This document shows, piece by piece, positions 1 to 9,750 of a DNA stretch of 64,000 bases. Each line of letters begins with the position of its first letter. The stretch's first letter is position 1. The translations under genes were made by a program, and so were the position numbers. Source of the DNA: a virus; the IMG/VR virus record IMGVR_UViG_3300035088_000013, positions 1 through 64,000 of that record. The stretch is one strand, 5' to 3'. The notes under the pieces are model-generated. The model saw only the letters and a program-made list of their open reading frames with translations, was not told the DNA's origin and did not search any database.

Positions 1-81
1 CGGGGCAGGTGAACGTCCGGGCCGACACGTCGGAGCGGTACCCGTACCGGTGGTCGGGGCGCATAGGGCCGAGCGGCTGGC

Positions 82-375
82 TCACGGTTGCCCTGCCGAT
101 GCGGGTGCGGTGGTGGCGGGTGGGCGGGCGACGTCGACCCGGGCGGTGCACCGGCACGGTTCGGCCCTGTCGTTGTTGTCGTGGGGGCAGCCGGAGTCGC
201 GGCGGTGGGGGGCGTCGTGGCCGCACGCGCCGCAGGTGTCCAGGGCGATGGTGGCGTGGTGGGAGCCGAACGCGATGGCCGCGGTCTGGTCGGTGTGCCG
301 CCAGCGGGGTTTCTGCCCGGTGGGGTCGTCGGGGTCCCAGATCATCGGCTGGCCGCAGGTACCGCACGTGTGCAC
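82..375 (-). CDS. small Cys/His-rich (Zn-binding) hypothetical protein
   Basis: ORF with CxxC pairs (CGTC, CGAC); start uncertain. Confidence 0.45.
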   Translation of the reverse strand: MHTCGTCGQPMIWDPDDPTGQKPRWRHTDQTAAIAFGSHHATIALDTCGACGHDAPHRRDSGCPHDNNDRAEPCRCTARVDVARPPATTAPASAGQP

Positions 376-421
376 GGCACCTGACGCTAGTCCGCTGTGG
401 GGTGCCGTGGGGCGGCAGGGG

Positions 422-718
422 TCAGTCGGGTGGCGTGATGCCGATCTGCGTGAGGCATTCCGCGAAGACCGGCGGGTCGATGCGGTCGAACAGCTTCTCC
501 GCGACGAGCAGGGCTTGCAACGGGGTTACGGACACCGTCCCGGCGAAGGCCGCCGAGATCGCGCCCTGTAGGCGCTGGAGGACGGCCGACACTTCCGGGG
601 TGAAGGTCGTGTCGTCCCGCCGGTGGAAGTCGGCATGGGCGGCGACGGCGCGTTTGAGCTGGGCGACGTCGCTCTCCAGGTGAGTGAGGCGCTGCTCGAG
701 GGTGAAGGGGTAGGACAT
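422..718 (-). CDS. hypothetical protein
   Basis: ATG at 718 (MSYPFTLEQRL...), GC3-rich codons, divergent from repeat copy 1. Confidence 0.6.
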   Translation of the reverse strand: MSYPFTLEQRLTHLESDVAQLKRAVAAHADFHRRDDTTFTPEVSAVLQRLQGAISAAFAGTVSVTPLQALLVAEKLFDRIDPPVFAECLTQIGITPPD

Positions 719-760
719 GGTGGGGCAGCCTACCGGGCGGGTGCGGGATCCCACCCCTCT

Positions 761-847
761 TCTGTTGACATCAGGTTGAGGGTCGTGTTTACTTGGTTTG
801 TGAGCGCGGGGGGCTGGAGCCCCCGCCCCGCCCGAGAGGAGCCCACC
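761..847 (+). promoter_or_regulatory. repeated promoter-hairpin-RBS element, copy 1
   Basis: CTGTTGACA-15nt-TGTTTACTT-GGTTTGTGAGCGC-GGGGGGCTGGAGCCCCCG...GAGAGGAG then ATG 848. Confidence 0.9.
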
Positions 848-1195
848 ATGGCGTACGGAGTCGTCGAGACCAACCCGATCAGCGACGCGGACCTGGCCGT
901 CCGCGACCGGATCGACTACTCGAAGCGGTACCAGCTCGCCGACCGGGACCTGGTGAAGATCACCCGGCTGCGGCTGTTGACCGAGCCCGGCACCCCGGTC
1001 CTGGACCTCTCCTACTGCTACGGGGAGCTGAAGGACGGCACCCCGGTCCTGGTCGACCTCCCCCGGCACCAGTTCGCCAAGCACCTGTGGAAGTCGCAGA
1101 TGTACGCGATGTTCACCGAGGCGGGCCGCTACGCCAAGGGCATGGGCATCGACCCGACGAACGGCTGCCCGGCGTTGTCGATCATGTGGGGGTGA
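848..1195 (+). CDS. hypothetical phage protein (cassette 1)
   Basis: ATG directly after element RBS; MAYGVVETNP... Confidence 0.85.
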   Translation: MAYGVVETNPISDADLAVRDRIDYSKRYQLADRDLVKITRLRLLTEPGTPVLDLSYCYGELKDGTPVLVDLPRHQFAKHLWKSQMYAMFTEAGRYAKGMGIDPTNGCPALSIMWG

Positions 1196-1305
1196 CCCCC
1201 CCGCCCGGCCCCCAGCGTCCACCTGGGGGGGGCCGGTGCTCCCCCGGGCAGGCCCTCGAGGTGTCGTCCTCGCCGGGCCTGCCCCCGTTGGTAGGTTGCG
1301 TGGTT

Positions 1306-1560
1306 GTGAGCTCAGCGATGTTCCACGTCAGCGGCGACTTGAACCGGATCCCCGACTACGACCCGGTGACCGGTGAGCACGCCTGGACGGTGTCGGCGTT
1401 GTTCGGGATCCGGGATCCGCAGGCCGCGTTCTCGCAAGGGTCCGCGATGCTGGACCGGGAGAACCTGTGGGGCATCTCGGGGGTGTTCTGCTACCACTGC
1501 GAGCAGGTGTGGTCCGAGCTGTTGGCCGAGGCCCCGTGTGACGGGGAGCCGGTCCGGTGA
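1306..1560 (+). CDS. small hypothetical protein with CxxC
   Basis: TAGGTT -10 just upstream of GTG; stop overlaps next start (GTGA). Confidence 0.6.
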   Translation: MSSAMFHVSGDLNRIPDYDPVTGEHAWTVSALFGIRDPQAAFSQGSAMLDRENLWGISGVFCYHCEQVWSELLAEAPCDGEPVR

Positions 1561-2393
1561 CCGGCGGCGACGAGCGTGAGCTGGGCGAGGACTGGCCGCC
1601 GAGCGAGCCCCTCACCGACCCCCACCCGGCGGATGTGGACCTGTTGTTGAGGGTGTTGCGGCGGGTGGAGGCCGACGCGCACCGCAAGGGCTGGGACTCC
1701 ACCCCGATGACGTTGTTCACCGTCTACGAGCACGGCGACGAGGACACCGACTACGTGTACCGGAAGTTGTGCGGGGCGAACCCGCGGACCCCCGTGACGG
1801 TCCGGGTCGGCGGGTACACGGCGCAGGCGATCATCCCCCCGCAGCTGCTCACCGGCACGCCGGGGGTGCCGCCGTACGAGGCGTTGCGCACCTACGCGAT
1901 GAACCTCGCCTACTGCCCGGACGACAGCGACGGATACCGGCCGGTCAACGTGATCCGGAGCGTGCTGCGGCTGCGTGGGGTGATCGCGGTCGGGTGCGTG
2001 TACGAGGCGTGGCAGCGGCTGATCGCCTCGGACCAGGCCCTCGCCGCGGAGCTGGCGGATGCGGCACCGGACTATTCGACGATGCCCGACTCGGTGGAGA
2101 TGCGGGTCGCGGCCGCGGTCGACCTCGAGGGCCGTCTGCACCAGGTGAAACGCACCCGCGGGGACCGGCCGGTCACGGTCGGCGGATACACGGTGCTGGT
2201 ACCCGGCCACGGCGAGGTGCAGCAGGCGGCCGACGTCAACGGGCACGGGGACGTGTCGAACTCGCTGCGGATCCTCGCCGACATGATCGTCGGGAAGACA
2301 CCCGCCGACCAGGAGGGGTTCGACGCCCGGTACCGCGGCTACCGGCAGATGATCCGCGAAGAACTGGACCGCGGGAGCGCCACGGGAGGGTGA
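1557..2393 (+). CDS. hypothetical protein
   Basis: 278 aa ORF with typical codon bias, coupled to upstream gene. Confidence 0.75.
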   Translation: MTGGDERELGEDWPPSEPLTDPHPADVDLLLRVLRRVEADAHRKGWDSTPMTLFTVYEHGDEDTDYVYRKLCGANPRTPVTVRVGGYTAQAIIPPQLLTGTPGVPPYEALRTYAMNLAYCPDDSDGYRPVNVIRSVLRLRGVIAVGCVYEAWQRLIASDQALAAELADAAPDYSTMPDSVEMRVAAAVDLEGRLHQVKRTRGDRPVTVGGYTVLVPGHGEVQQAADVNGHGDVSNSLRILADMIVGKTPADQEGFDARYRGYRQMIREELDRGSATGG

Positions 2394-2795
2394 ATCTGGG
2401 TGTCCCGGCGGACCTGGTGTGCGTTGATCATCGCGAGGGGTTCACCGGCTCGGCAAGCACTCTCCAGGAAGCCGGACCCCCCTTTTTGACCCTGCGTCCC
2501 TGCCCCGCCAGCCGGTCGAACAGGCCGGGCGGGGACGGAGGGGCGGGTGGCGCATGTGTCGGACGTGATCCTGTACGGCGGGTATTGCCCGTTGTGCGAT
2601 GACATCATCGATGCGTCCTCGCGGGCCGTGGTGCGCGGGCACGCGGACCGGCATTGGCGGTGGCATCTGCGGCTGGCGTTGTGGTGGTACCGGCGGCAGG
2701 ACCTCACGCATACCCGCCGGTGAGCGTGCCGGGGCCTGTCGTACGGTGCCGGGGGTTCCCGTTACCCACACCCGGCCAGCCAGGAGGCCCCGCTG

Positions 2796-3482
2796 ATGCT
2801 GATGCGCCCACGCCACTACCACGACGTGCCCGACTTCGACCGGAACAAGATCACCGGTTTGTGGGCGGTCGGGTTCCCGTCCCCTGAGGACGACCTGCGG
2901 TATGCGGTGTCGATCGTCGCGTCGATGGCTGACGACATCGACGGCCAGATCGGCCCAGGTCGCGGTGATCTGTTGTTGTGCACGCTGCGCGGATATCAGC
3001 CGATGCGGTATGCGATGGCGGTGATGACCGCCTATGCGCAGGCGAAACACGAGCAGTCGGTGTGGGCGCAGCTCCAGAAAATGAAGATATCGCTGGACGC
3101 GGCGCGGCACGTCGTCGCGGATTGCCGGGAGAAACGGGAGCCGGTAAACCATGGGCACACCCTTCCGCTGGCATTCGAACCGATCGTCTCCAGCACCACA
3201 CTCACCGGGAAGATTCACGTGCTGCTCGACGGGGTGCGGTTCGCGCAGTGGGACCTCGAGGACGCGAAGGGGCATGCCACGCACGTTTTGGAGGTGGCGG
3301 CGATGTGTCCGTGCGACCAGGCGTACTACGAGGCGATCTCCGGCACAGGCATGCAGGACAAAGGCGTGCCCACCCCGGATGAAGAACACCAGAGGGTTGC
3401 CCGTGCTGCGGTGTCGATGCTCGGCGAGCACTTCGACACGCCCGCGACCGTGGATGGTTGGGAACCCGACAAGAACCAGTGA
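2796..3482 (+). CDS. hypothetical protein
   Basis: AGGAGG RBS before ATG; 228 aa. Confidence 0.75.
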   Translation: MLMRPRHYHDVPDFDRNKITGLWAVGFPSPEDDLRYAVSIVASMADDIDGQIGPGRGDLLLCTLRGYQPMRYAMAVMTAYAQAKHEQSVWAQLQKMKISLDAARHVVADCREKREPVNHGHTLPLAFEPIVSSTTLTGKIHVLLDGVRFAQWDLEDAKGHATHVLEVAAMCPCDQAYYEAISGTGMQDKGVPTPDEEHQRVARAAVSMLGEHFDTPATVDGWEPDKNQ

Positions 3483-3663
3483 TGGGGCACACCCGGCCGC
3501 ATGTCATCCCCGCTCGGCAACGATGTGTCTGCATCGTTGCCTGCGGGGCGAGGTCACACGGCGTGTTGTGGTGTCCCCTCCTTCCGGGCAATCCAGGCAG
3601 TGAGGCAGGCTGCTGCTGAGCGTCCGATGCGGACTGCGGGTCATATGGGCTGTGACCTGCGGT

Positions 3664-3689
3664 GCATGCAAGCATGCAAGCTAGCTAGC
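3664..3689. repeat. phased GCWW tetramer tract, candidate parS/operator
   Basis: GCATGCAAGCATGCAAGCTAGCTAGC in the non-coding region upstream of parA. Confidence 0.4.
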
Positions 3690-3800
3690 CACCACACGCA
3701 CGGTGTGTATCGTTGCGTGCCTATCGGTGTGTCTGACTTCCGTTGCGGCGCGCGAGGCGGCATGATGGCCGGATTACCCCCCGACTTTGCAGGAGCAGAC

Positions 3801-4574
3801 ATGGCCGCACGGCGGCGTATCACGGTTATCAACGAGAAGGGTGGCAGTACGAAGACGACGACTGCTGTCAACTTGGCTGGCGCGCTTGTCGCCAAGGGTA
3901 AGAAGGTGCGCGTCATCGATCTTGACCCGCAGGACGGTAGCGCGACGATTTGGTTGTCACCGACAGAGAGTGTCGGTAGTGGTGTGATGCGGGTGTTTGA
4001 TGAGGAGTGCGGCATCGACGATGTCACGTCGGAAACGAAGGTGCCGGGCTTGTACATTGTGCCGTCGTATTCGTCGATGAGTGTCGTGCGGTACTCCCCG
4101 GATTATCCCGTGGTGGATGTGCAGCTAGCGGACGCGTTGGATGAGTCGGAGGCTGACATCGACTACGACATCATCGACAGTCCGCCGACTAAGGATCGGC
4201 TTGCGCGTGCCGCTTTGAATGCGGCTGGGGAGATCGTCGTCCCGATCCAGCCGTCCAAATTGGACACGGTGGGTACGGCGGAGTTGCTGCGGCTGATGGC
4301 GACGGTACGCAAGCACCGGAACCCGGATCTGCGGATCGCCGCGGTGGTGGCGTCACGGGTGAAGGCGGCGGGCTACGACACGAAGTTCGTGGAGAACCTG
4401 CAACGACAGTTCGGGGCAACCCCGGTGCTGGTGGTGTCCGACAGTGTCCGCGCCCGCGAAGCGGTCGAGGCGGGGACACCGGTCGCGCAGTACGACCCGG
4501 AGAGCCGTAACGGCAAAGAGTTCGCCGCGCTGGCGGCCGTGTGGGAACCCGACACGAAGGAGGACGCAGCATGA
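3801..4574 (+). CDS. parA: ParA-family partition ATPase
   Basis: deviant Walker A (NEKGGSTKTT), IDLDPQ, IIDSPP motifs. Confidence 0.93.
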   Translation: MAARRRITVINEKGGSTKTTTAVNLAGALVAKGKKVRVIDLDPQDGSATIWLSPTESVGSGVMRVFDEECGIDDVTSETKVPGLYIVPSYSSMSVVRYSPDYPVVDVQLADALDESEADIDYDIIDSPPTKDRLARAALNAAGEIVVPIQPSKLDTVGTAELLRLMATVRKHRNPDLRIAAVVASRVKAAGYDTKFVENLQRQFGATPVLVVSDSVRAREAVEAGTPVAQYDPESRNGKEFAALAAVWEPDTKEDAA

Positions 4575-5092
4575 GCCCGGTACCGAAGCGGCCGACACCC
4601 GGTAACGACCTCGAGCAGGCCCTGCTCGAGGAGGACCGCGCCCGGGAGCCGAAGCCACCGCAGGACCCCACCCCGGCGGCCCCGGAGGCGGCACCGGCAG
4701 CGGCACCGGCGGCAGCGGAGCGGGCGGTGTTGCCGGAGCAGCGGGAGAAACCCCGGCCGCGCCGGGCGGCGACGGTACCGGCCCCGCCGTCACGGCCGAT
4801 GCGGTGGAAGAACAACCTTCCGCCCAGCAGGGTCCCGGCCCGGATCGACATGAGCGCAACCCGGCCGTTGAACGTGCGGGTGCCGATCGAGTTCCACTAC
4901 CTGGTCAAGGTCGCCTCGGCCACGATGGGCATCGACATCCAGGAGATGATGATCGCTTTGGTCACGGTCGTCACGCAGGACCCGGAGCTGCTGGTCCGGC
5001 TGATCGACATGGCGGAGACCGACCGTAAGACCCTTGGGGAGCTGATTCATCCGGCGCTGCTGGCCGTCGCGGAAGGCGACTACGACCAGTAG
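4571..5092 (+). CDS. ParA partner, probable ribbon-helix-helix centromere-binding protein (type Ib, ParG-like)
   Basis: ATGA-coupled to parA; disordered N-terminus then PLNVRVPIEFHYLVKVASATMGIDIQEMM (RHH pattern). Confidence 0.7.
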   Translation: MSPVPKRPTPGNDLEQALLEEDRAREPKPPQDPTPAAPEAAPAAAPAAAERAVLPEQREKPRPRRAATVPAPPSRPMRWKNNLPPSRVPARIDMSATRPLNVRVPIEFHYLVKVASATMGIDIQEMMIALVTVVTQDPELLVRLIDMAETDRKTLGELIHPALLAVAEGDYDQ

Positions 5093-5123
5093 GGTGTACC
5101 CCCGGCTGGAGAGGGGGGGACGT

Positions 5124-5939
5124 ATGAGTGATGAGGACACCATGCGCACGGCGGACATGTCCGCCGTGCGGCAGCTCGTCGACCGGGCCGTGCAGGCACT
5201 GGTCCCGAAGGACCAGATGACCGTCCGCAAGTACCGGCCGGAGTCGACGTACGGGTTCCCGGAACCGAAGCCGCTGGCCGGGCTGGAGGCGGCGCTGACG
5301 GTGGCGCGGGTGGCGGAGTCGAGGGCGCACGGCTTCGCGACGGGGCTGCGCGGTGAGGGGTCGTCGTGGGCGCAGATCGCGGACCTTCTGGGGATCGGCT
5401 GGTCCGAGGACTATGTGCAGCGGGAGCGGGCGTTCGAGGTGGTCGCCGGGCCGGTCTCGAACGTCAGCTACGACCGGTATGTGTTCTTCACCTGTGGTGG
5501 GCCGTTGGGCTGCGGGGCGCGGGTCACCGACCGTGGCCCGTACAACGGGAGCCCGGACAACAACGAGGACGGCCACGGCGAGGGGTGCCGGAGGCTGGCG
5601 GCGGAGGTCGAGGCGTACCACGCCGAGCAGGATGCGCGGGAGCACCGCTACATGGTGATGGATGCGGCGATGCCGCGGGTCACCGACGCGTTCGGCCGGG
5701 AGACGGTGACCCGGGCACGGTATGTGCTGTCGCACGGCGGCCGGTATCTGGCGTGGTCGACCAGCGAGACCCTTGCCGTGGCGCTGGTGCTGCGGGATGA
5801 CGAGCGGCTGGAGGCGGTCGGGTACTCCACCCGTGAGGGGGCGCTGCGGCGGATCCTGGATGGCACGGGCACCCCGCCTGCCGATCCTGCGGGGTGGCTG
5901 GCGACGCTGCGGGCCGCCGCGACCGGGTACGAGGACTGA
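5124..5939 (+). CDS. hypothetical protein with HTH-like and Cys motifs
   Basis: RBS GGAGAGGGGG; GSSWAQIADLLG, CGGPLGC. Confidence 0.7.
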   Translation: MSDEDTMRTADMSAVRQLVDRAVQALVPKDQMTVRKYRPESTYGFPEPKPLAGLEAALTVARVAESRAHGFATGLRGEGSSWAQIADLLGIGWSEDYVQRERAFEVVAGPVSNVSYDRYVFFTCGGPLGCGARVTDRGPYNGSPDNNEDGHGEGCRRLAAEVEAYHAEQDAREHRYMVMDAAMPRVTDAFGRETVTRARYVLSHGGRYLAWSTSETLAVALVLRDDERLEAVGYSTREGALRRILDGTGTPPADPAGWLATLRAAATGYED

Positions 5940-6174
5940 CAGGCCGACGGGAGATACCGCCGGAATACGGGCGGGGGTGGCATTCTGGACGCGCGGGCGC
6001 GGGGGCCTTCCTCGAGGGGCCATCCGGGGGGTTGGAAGACGCTCGAGGGCGGTTCGGTACCGCTGCCCGTGCGGGGGGCTCGCTGTCACAAGCTGCATCC
6101 CGCGACCGAAGAGGGGGCCGGGACGGTGTCGCGGGGATGCGGACACCGACCCGGCCCCCTTTCCCCGTGCCGGG

Positions 6175-6732
6175 TCAGCCCCAGGTCACCCGCAGGTTCT
6201 TCGCGAGGCAGCGGGACGCCAGCTCCCGCAGTTCCTCCAGGCGCATGGTCAGGTGCCCGGGTGCGCGGCCGAAGTCGACGACGGTGGTACCCGGGCGGTC
6301 GGCGGTACCGGCCCGGTAGGTGATCTCCGGCAGGCCCGCGTCGACCGGCCGGTTGACGCCGAGGGCGAGTTCGACGCGGTCGAGGAACGCGCGGGCGTTG
6401 TCGTCGCCGGACATGTCGTAGACCGGCCCGCCGAGCACGCCGACACCGTCTTCGAGGGGCTCGCGGAGGTAGCCGAGGGCGGCGAGGAGGTCCTGGGCGT
6501 TGCGGTTGTGGACGTTGACCGGGACGGGGTCGCCGTCGGCGTGCAGCTCGCGGACCTCCGCGCCGTACTGCTGGCAGAGCAGGTAGGTGCACACCAGGGC
6601 GTGGGCGTCGGCCTCGCGGTGGGCGTTGGCGGTGCCGGTCCAGATGTCGCCGATCTGCTCGCCGTTGTCGCAGATCAGCTCGAACTGGGCGGTGTCGACC
6701 GCGGAGAGTTCGGGGGAGAAGGTGACGGACAT
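6175..6732 (-). CDS. hypothetical phage protein (cassette 2)
   Basis: ATG after AAGGAGG of repeat copy 2. Confidence 0.85.
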   Translation of the reverse strand: MSVTFSPELSAVDTAQFELICDNGEQIGDIWTGTANAHREADAHALVCTYLLCQQYGAEVRELHADGDPVPVNVHNRNAQDLLAALGYLREPLEDGVGVLGGPVYDMSGDDNARAFLDRVELALGVNRPVDAGLPEITYRAGTADRPGTTVVDFGRAPGHLTMRLEELRELASRCLAKNLRVTWG

Positions 6733-6816
6733 GGGGCCTCCTTGGGGTGGGGTGGGGGCTCCAGCCCCCCCACTCACACCTCAAGTAAACATGATCTCCG
6801 TCGTGATGTCAACAGG
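6733..6816 (-). promoter_or_regulatory. repeated element, copy 2
   Basis: CCTGTTGACA-15-TGTTTACTT...GTGAGTGGGGGGGCTGGAGCCCCCAC...AAGGAGG on minus strand. Confidence 0.9.
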
Positions 6817-6958
6817 TTCTCAGTCGGTGATGCTGGCGATCCAGTCGTTGACCAGCTCGGCCGGTGAGCCAGCCGGTCCGCAGCCCGAAGATCCTGCCGG
6901 GCGCGAGGGGGTGCAGGTGGACGGTCAGGGCACGGCGGTCGGTCGTGGGGTCGGTCAT
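6809..6958 (-). CDS. 49 aa peptide (cassette 3); stop lies in the TTGACA of copy 2
   Basis: ATG after AAGGAG; ends TGT-TGA within the next element. Confidence 0.55.
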   Translation of the reverse strand: MTDPTTDRRALTVHLHPLAPGRIFGLRTGWLTGRAGQRLDRQHHRLRTC

Positions 6959-7044
6959 GGTAGGGCTCCTTCGTCGGGGTGGGGGCTCCAGCCCCCCACT
7001 CACACATCCCAAGTAAACGCTATCTCCGTCGCGATGTCAACAGG
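6959..7044 (-). promoter_or_regulatory. repeated element, copy 3
   Basis: CCTGTTGACA-15-CGTTTACTT...GTGAGTGGGGGGCTGGAGCCCCCAC...AAGGAG. Confidence 0.88.
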
Positions 7045-7494
7045 CGGTGGTGAAGCGTCCTTCACGTCCGGGAGCTGGCGGCCGAGACGCCGCCATAACT
7101 CGTCCGCCGACGCCTTGGCCGTGGTGTCGAACCCGGTGCATGAGCACACCCCGAAGTCGTGGCCGATGATGCCCAGGGCCTCGCATTGGGCGTGCGTGGC
7201 GCGGGTCTTCCACGCCCAGCCCCCGGTGTCGTTGCGCAGCAGGCATTGCCGGAAGAACCCGGTGTCCCCCTCGGCGATCGGCTCACCGCAATGCAGGCAC
7301 GGCCACCCGGCCGGTACCGCCACCAGGGCGACACCCATCTCCACCAGCCACGGATCGAGGCGGGGAGCGAACGCGAACACCGCCTCGAGGGCGGCGAGTT
7401 GCCGGGTCCAGGAGTGGCACCGCCCGCAGTAGCCCTCCCGTTCGTCGTTCGGGTTGTGGGAGGTCATCGCGCAAGCGGGACAGGTGAAGCTCAC
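7000..7494 (-). CDS. Cys-rich Zn-binding hypothetical protein
   Basis: GTGA-coupled; CPAC, CGRC, CLHC; C-terminus reads through repeat copy 3. Confidence 0.7.
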   Translation of the reverse strand: MSFTCPACAMTSHNPNDEREGYCGRCHSWTRQLAALEAVFAFAPRLDPWLVEMGVALVAVPAGWPCLHCGEPIAEGDTGFFRQCLLRNDTGGWAWKTRATHAQCEALGIIGHDFGVCSCTGFDTTAKASADELWRRLGRQLPDVKDASPPPVDIATEIAFTWDV

Positions 7495-8075
7495 GGGTTC
7501 TCCCGGTGTGGTTCCCACGGCCAGTGGACGCCGTCGCAGAGCACGCACGTGCCCGCGACGCCCCCGGCCAGGTCCCGCCAGATTTGCTGCAGCTGCTCGC
7601 ATTCGGTGATGCCGGGGCAGTCGTCGTCCGGGTGGTGTTTGACGAGTTCCCGGATGTCGACCACCCGCGGATCGTCGGCCCCGCCGGGCTTCTTGGTGGG
7701 GGGTAGCACGTTCGGTTGGGGTAGGCCGACCTGGTCCAGGCCGTGGACCGGCGCGTCCCACGGCTCACCGCAGACCCGACCCCCGGCGAGGTGGATGCAC
7801 CAGCCCGTAGACCCGTCGAAGTACCCGTGCGGTCGTTGCACCGGCGTGGCGTCGGTCAATCGCCGGTCGAACTGTTCGGCGGCCGAGCGCAGGGTCCGGG
7901 CGATCACCGGCGCGCCGTCATCGTCGAGCTGCTTGGCGGCCGAGCGCAGGGTCCGGGCGATCTCGTCGCTCGTGAGGTGGACGGGGCCTTTCTGCTCGGT
8001 CTGGATCAGCACCCTGCCGCGGGTGCCGGACGGGTACACCCGGACCACGAGGGTCGCGGTCGGTTGCTGTGTCAT
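7491..8075 (-). CDS. hypothetical protein with internal duplication
   Basis: IARTLRSAA occurs twice (57-bp period at ~7878-7962). Confidence 0.7.
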   Translation of the reverse strand: MTQQPTATLVVRVYPSGTRGRVLIQTEQKGPVHLTSDEIARTLRSAAKQLDDDGAPVIARTLRSAAEQFDRRLTDATPVQRPHGYFDGSTGWCIHLAGGRVCGEPWDAPVHGLDQVGLPQPNVLPPTKKPGGADDPRVVDIRELVKHHPDDDCPGITECEQLQQIWRDLAGGVAGTCVLCDGVHWPWEPHRENP

Positions 8076-8078
8076 CGG

Positions 8079-8273
8079 TTAGCCACGCCCCTTGCGCCAT
8101 AGGCTGATCGATGTGTTCAACGCCTGAGCGAGAAGTTCGATCTCATCCCCGCGGGTGAGGTCGTGGTCGCGGCCGATGTCGGCGAGGGCCTGGCCGAGGG
8201 CGCGGCGGGCGGGCTCGAGGCGGATTTGGCGACCGGCGCGGGGCATGGGGCCGTCGTGGGCGTAGGTGGTCAC
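8079..8273 (-). CDS. small hypothetical protein
   Basis: GTGA-coupled to upstream gene. Confidence 0.55.
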   Translation of the reverse strand: MTTYAHDGPMPRAGRQIRLEPARRALGQALADIGRDHDLTRGDEIELLAQALNTSISLWRKGRG

Positions 8274-9070
8274 CGGTAGGCGACCCGGTCGCCTTGGCCG
8301 TGGGCGTCGCCGACGCCCCACACGAACGGCAGGACCGCCGCGCCGGGCACGTCGAGTTGCAGGCCGCCGATGATGATCGTGTAGTCGGTCTTGTTGCGGG
8401 CGATGTACTGGAGCCAGCCGTGGTGCTCGGCGGTGTGCAGGGCGTGCATGTTCCGCTCCCCGGCGAGGTCGTGGGCGACCTCCGGGATCGGCAAAGGCTC
8501 CGGGGATACCGATTCCCGGAAGGTGATCTGGTCGGGGCGGATCGTGTTCGGCAGCAGGAACCGCAGGTCCTCCCAGCGTTGCTGCGCGGCGGGGTCGCCG
8601 CACATGCCGTCGATCTGGTCGGCGAAGTAGTAGCGGCGGTGCCGGGCGTAGAACAAGGCACGGAGGCGGCCCGCGCGGGTGTGCGCGTTGACGGTGGGTT
8701 TGCTCATGTCGAGCAACTCCGACACCTTCGGCCGGTCGTAGAGCCGGGGCAGGCGGCCGATCCGGTCGAGGACCTGCCAGGCGTTACGGCCGAACGCCTG
8801 GCCGACGGTCCACGCGAGGGGTTCGTCGCGGCGGACCTCGATACCGCCGGGGATGCGCAGCACGGTGTCGCGGTTGAGGACGCGGACCTGCCCGGTGTTC
8901 AGGCGCACGACGTAGCGGGAGGCGACGGGGTCTCCGGCGAGGTAGTTGTACCAGCCGACGTCTTCGCCGATGCGTAGCATCCGCTGGCGTTCCCAGGATC
9001 GGGCGGGGTCGTCCGGCCGGAGGGTGAGTAGTTGTGTGGCGTTGGCGGGGGGGTGGATCGTGGTCGTCAC
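8270..9070 (-). CDS. DNA-binding protein with MerR/excisionase-like HTH
   Basis: RPKVSELLDMSKPTVNAHTRAGRLRA...RRYY pattern; GGAG RBS. Confidence 0.65.
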   Translation of the reverse strand: MTTTIHPPANATQLLTLRPDDPARSWERQRMLRIGEDVGWYNYLAGDPVASRYVVRLNTGQVRVLNRDTVLRIPGGIEVRRDEPLAWTVGQAFGRNAWQVLDRIGRLPRLYDRPKVSELLDMSKPTVNAHTRAGRLRALFYARHRRYYFADQIDGMCGDPAAQQRWEDLRFLLPNTIRPDQITFRESVSPEPLPIPEVAHDLAGERNMHALHTAEHHGWLQYIARNKTDYTIIIGGLQLDVPGAAVLPFVWGVGDAHGQGDRVAYR

Positions 9071-9100
9071 GTGGGGTCTCCAAACACTCGTTCCCACCCT

Positions 9101-9133
9101 AAGGTACAACCCGCGTCACGTTCATGTCAACGG
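9101..9133 (-). promoter_or_regulatory. SigA/HrdB-type promoter
   Basis: TTGACA-18-TACCTT upstream of the HTH gene. Confidence 0.75.
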
Positions 9134-9160
9134 GGTGGCTGGGGGGTAGAGTCCTTGGCC

Positions 9161-9367
9161 GTGGCATCACACCCGTTCACCGACCCCGAGGCGAAGGCGA
9201 TCCGGGACGCCTACGAGGCGTTGACCCGGGTCGGGAACCTCACCGCCGTGCGCGGCACCTACGAACTCGATCGGACGGTCGACGGCTGGGACGGCATCAT
9301 CGACCGGGCGCATCACGATCTGGGCCTGTTGCTGCTGAAGTTCAGGATCGACCAGGACCCCGACTGA
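9161..9367 (+). CDS. small hypothetical protein, probably leaderless
   Basis: TAGAGT -10 eight nt before GTG. Confidence 0.55.
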   Translation: MASHPFTDPEAKAIRDAYEALTRVGNLTAVRGTYELDRTVDGWDGIIDRAHHDLGLLLLKFRIDQDPD

Positions 9368-9750
9368 CCATCGGTCATCACCACGGCCACGGCCCGCGTT
9401 CACCCTCCGGTGTTGCCCGCCACGCCTCGAGGACGCTCGAGCATCGCGCGCACAACAACCGGGCATGCGCGCCGTAGAGCACGACCAAAGTCCGGCAGTC
9501 CGAACGGCCCCGGCACAAGCCCATCCGTTCCGGCCGGACCCGGGCCGGGCATGTCTGCGCGTGCGCCTGGTAGCGGACCGAACCCGGCCGCCGCGCACGG
9601 CGACACCTGCGCCGGTCCGCCGAGACTTCCCACATCCCACCCAGAACCGGAACCGGATCCAGCTGACACGTCTCCGGCGCGTCCTTGCGGCCGAGGACCG
9701 CCACCGGCGCGCGGCAATCCACACATACCCGGCCCCCGGTCTCCAGGACG

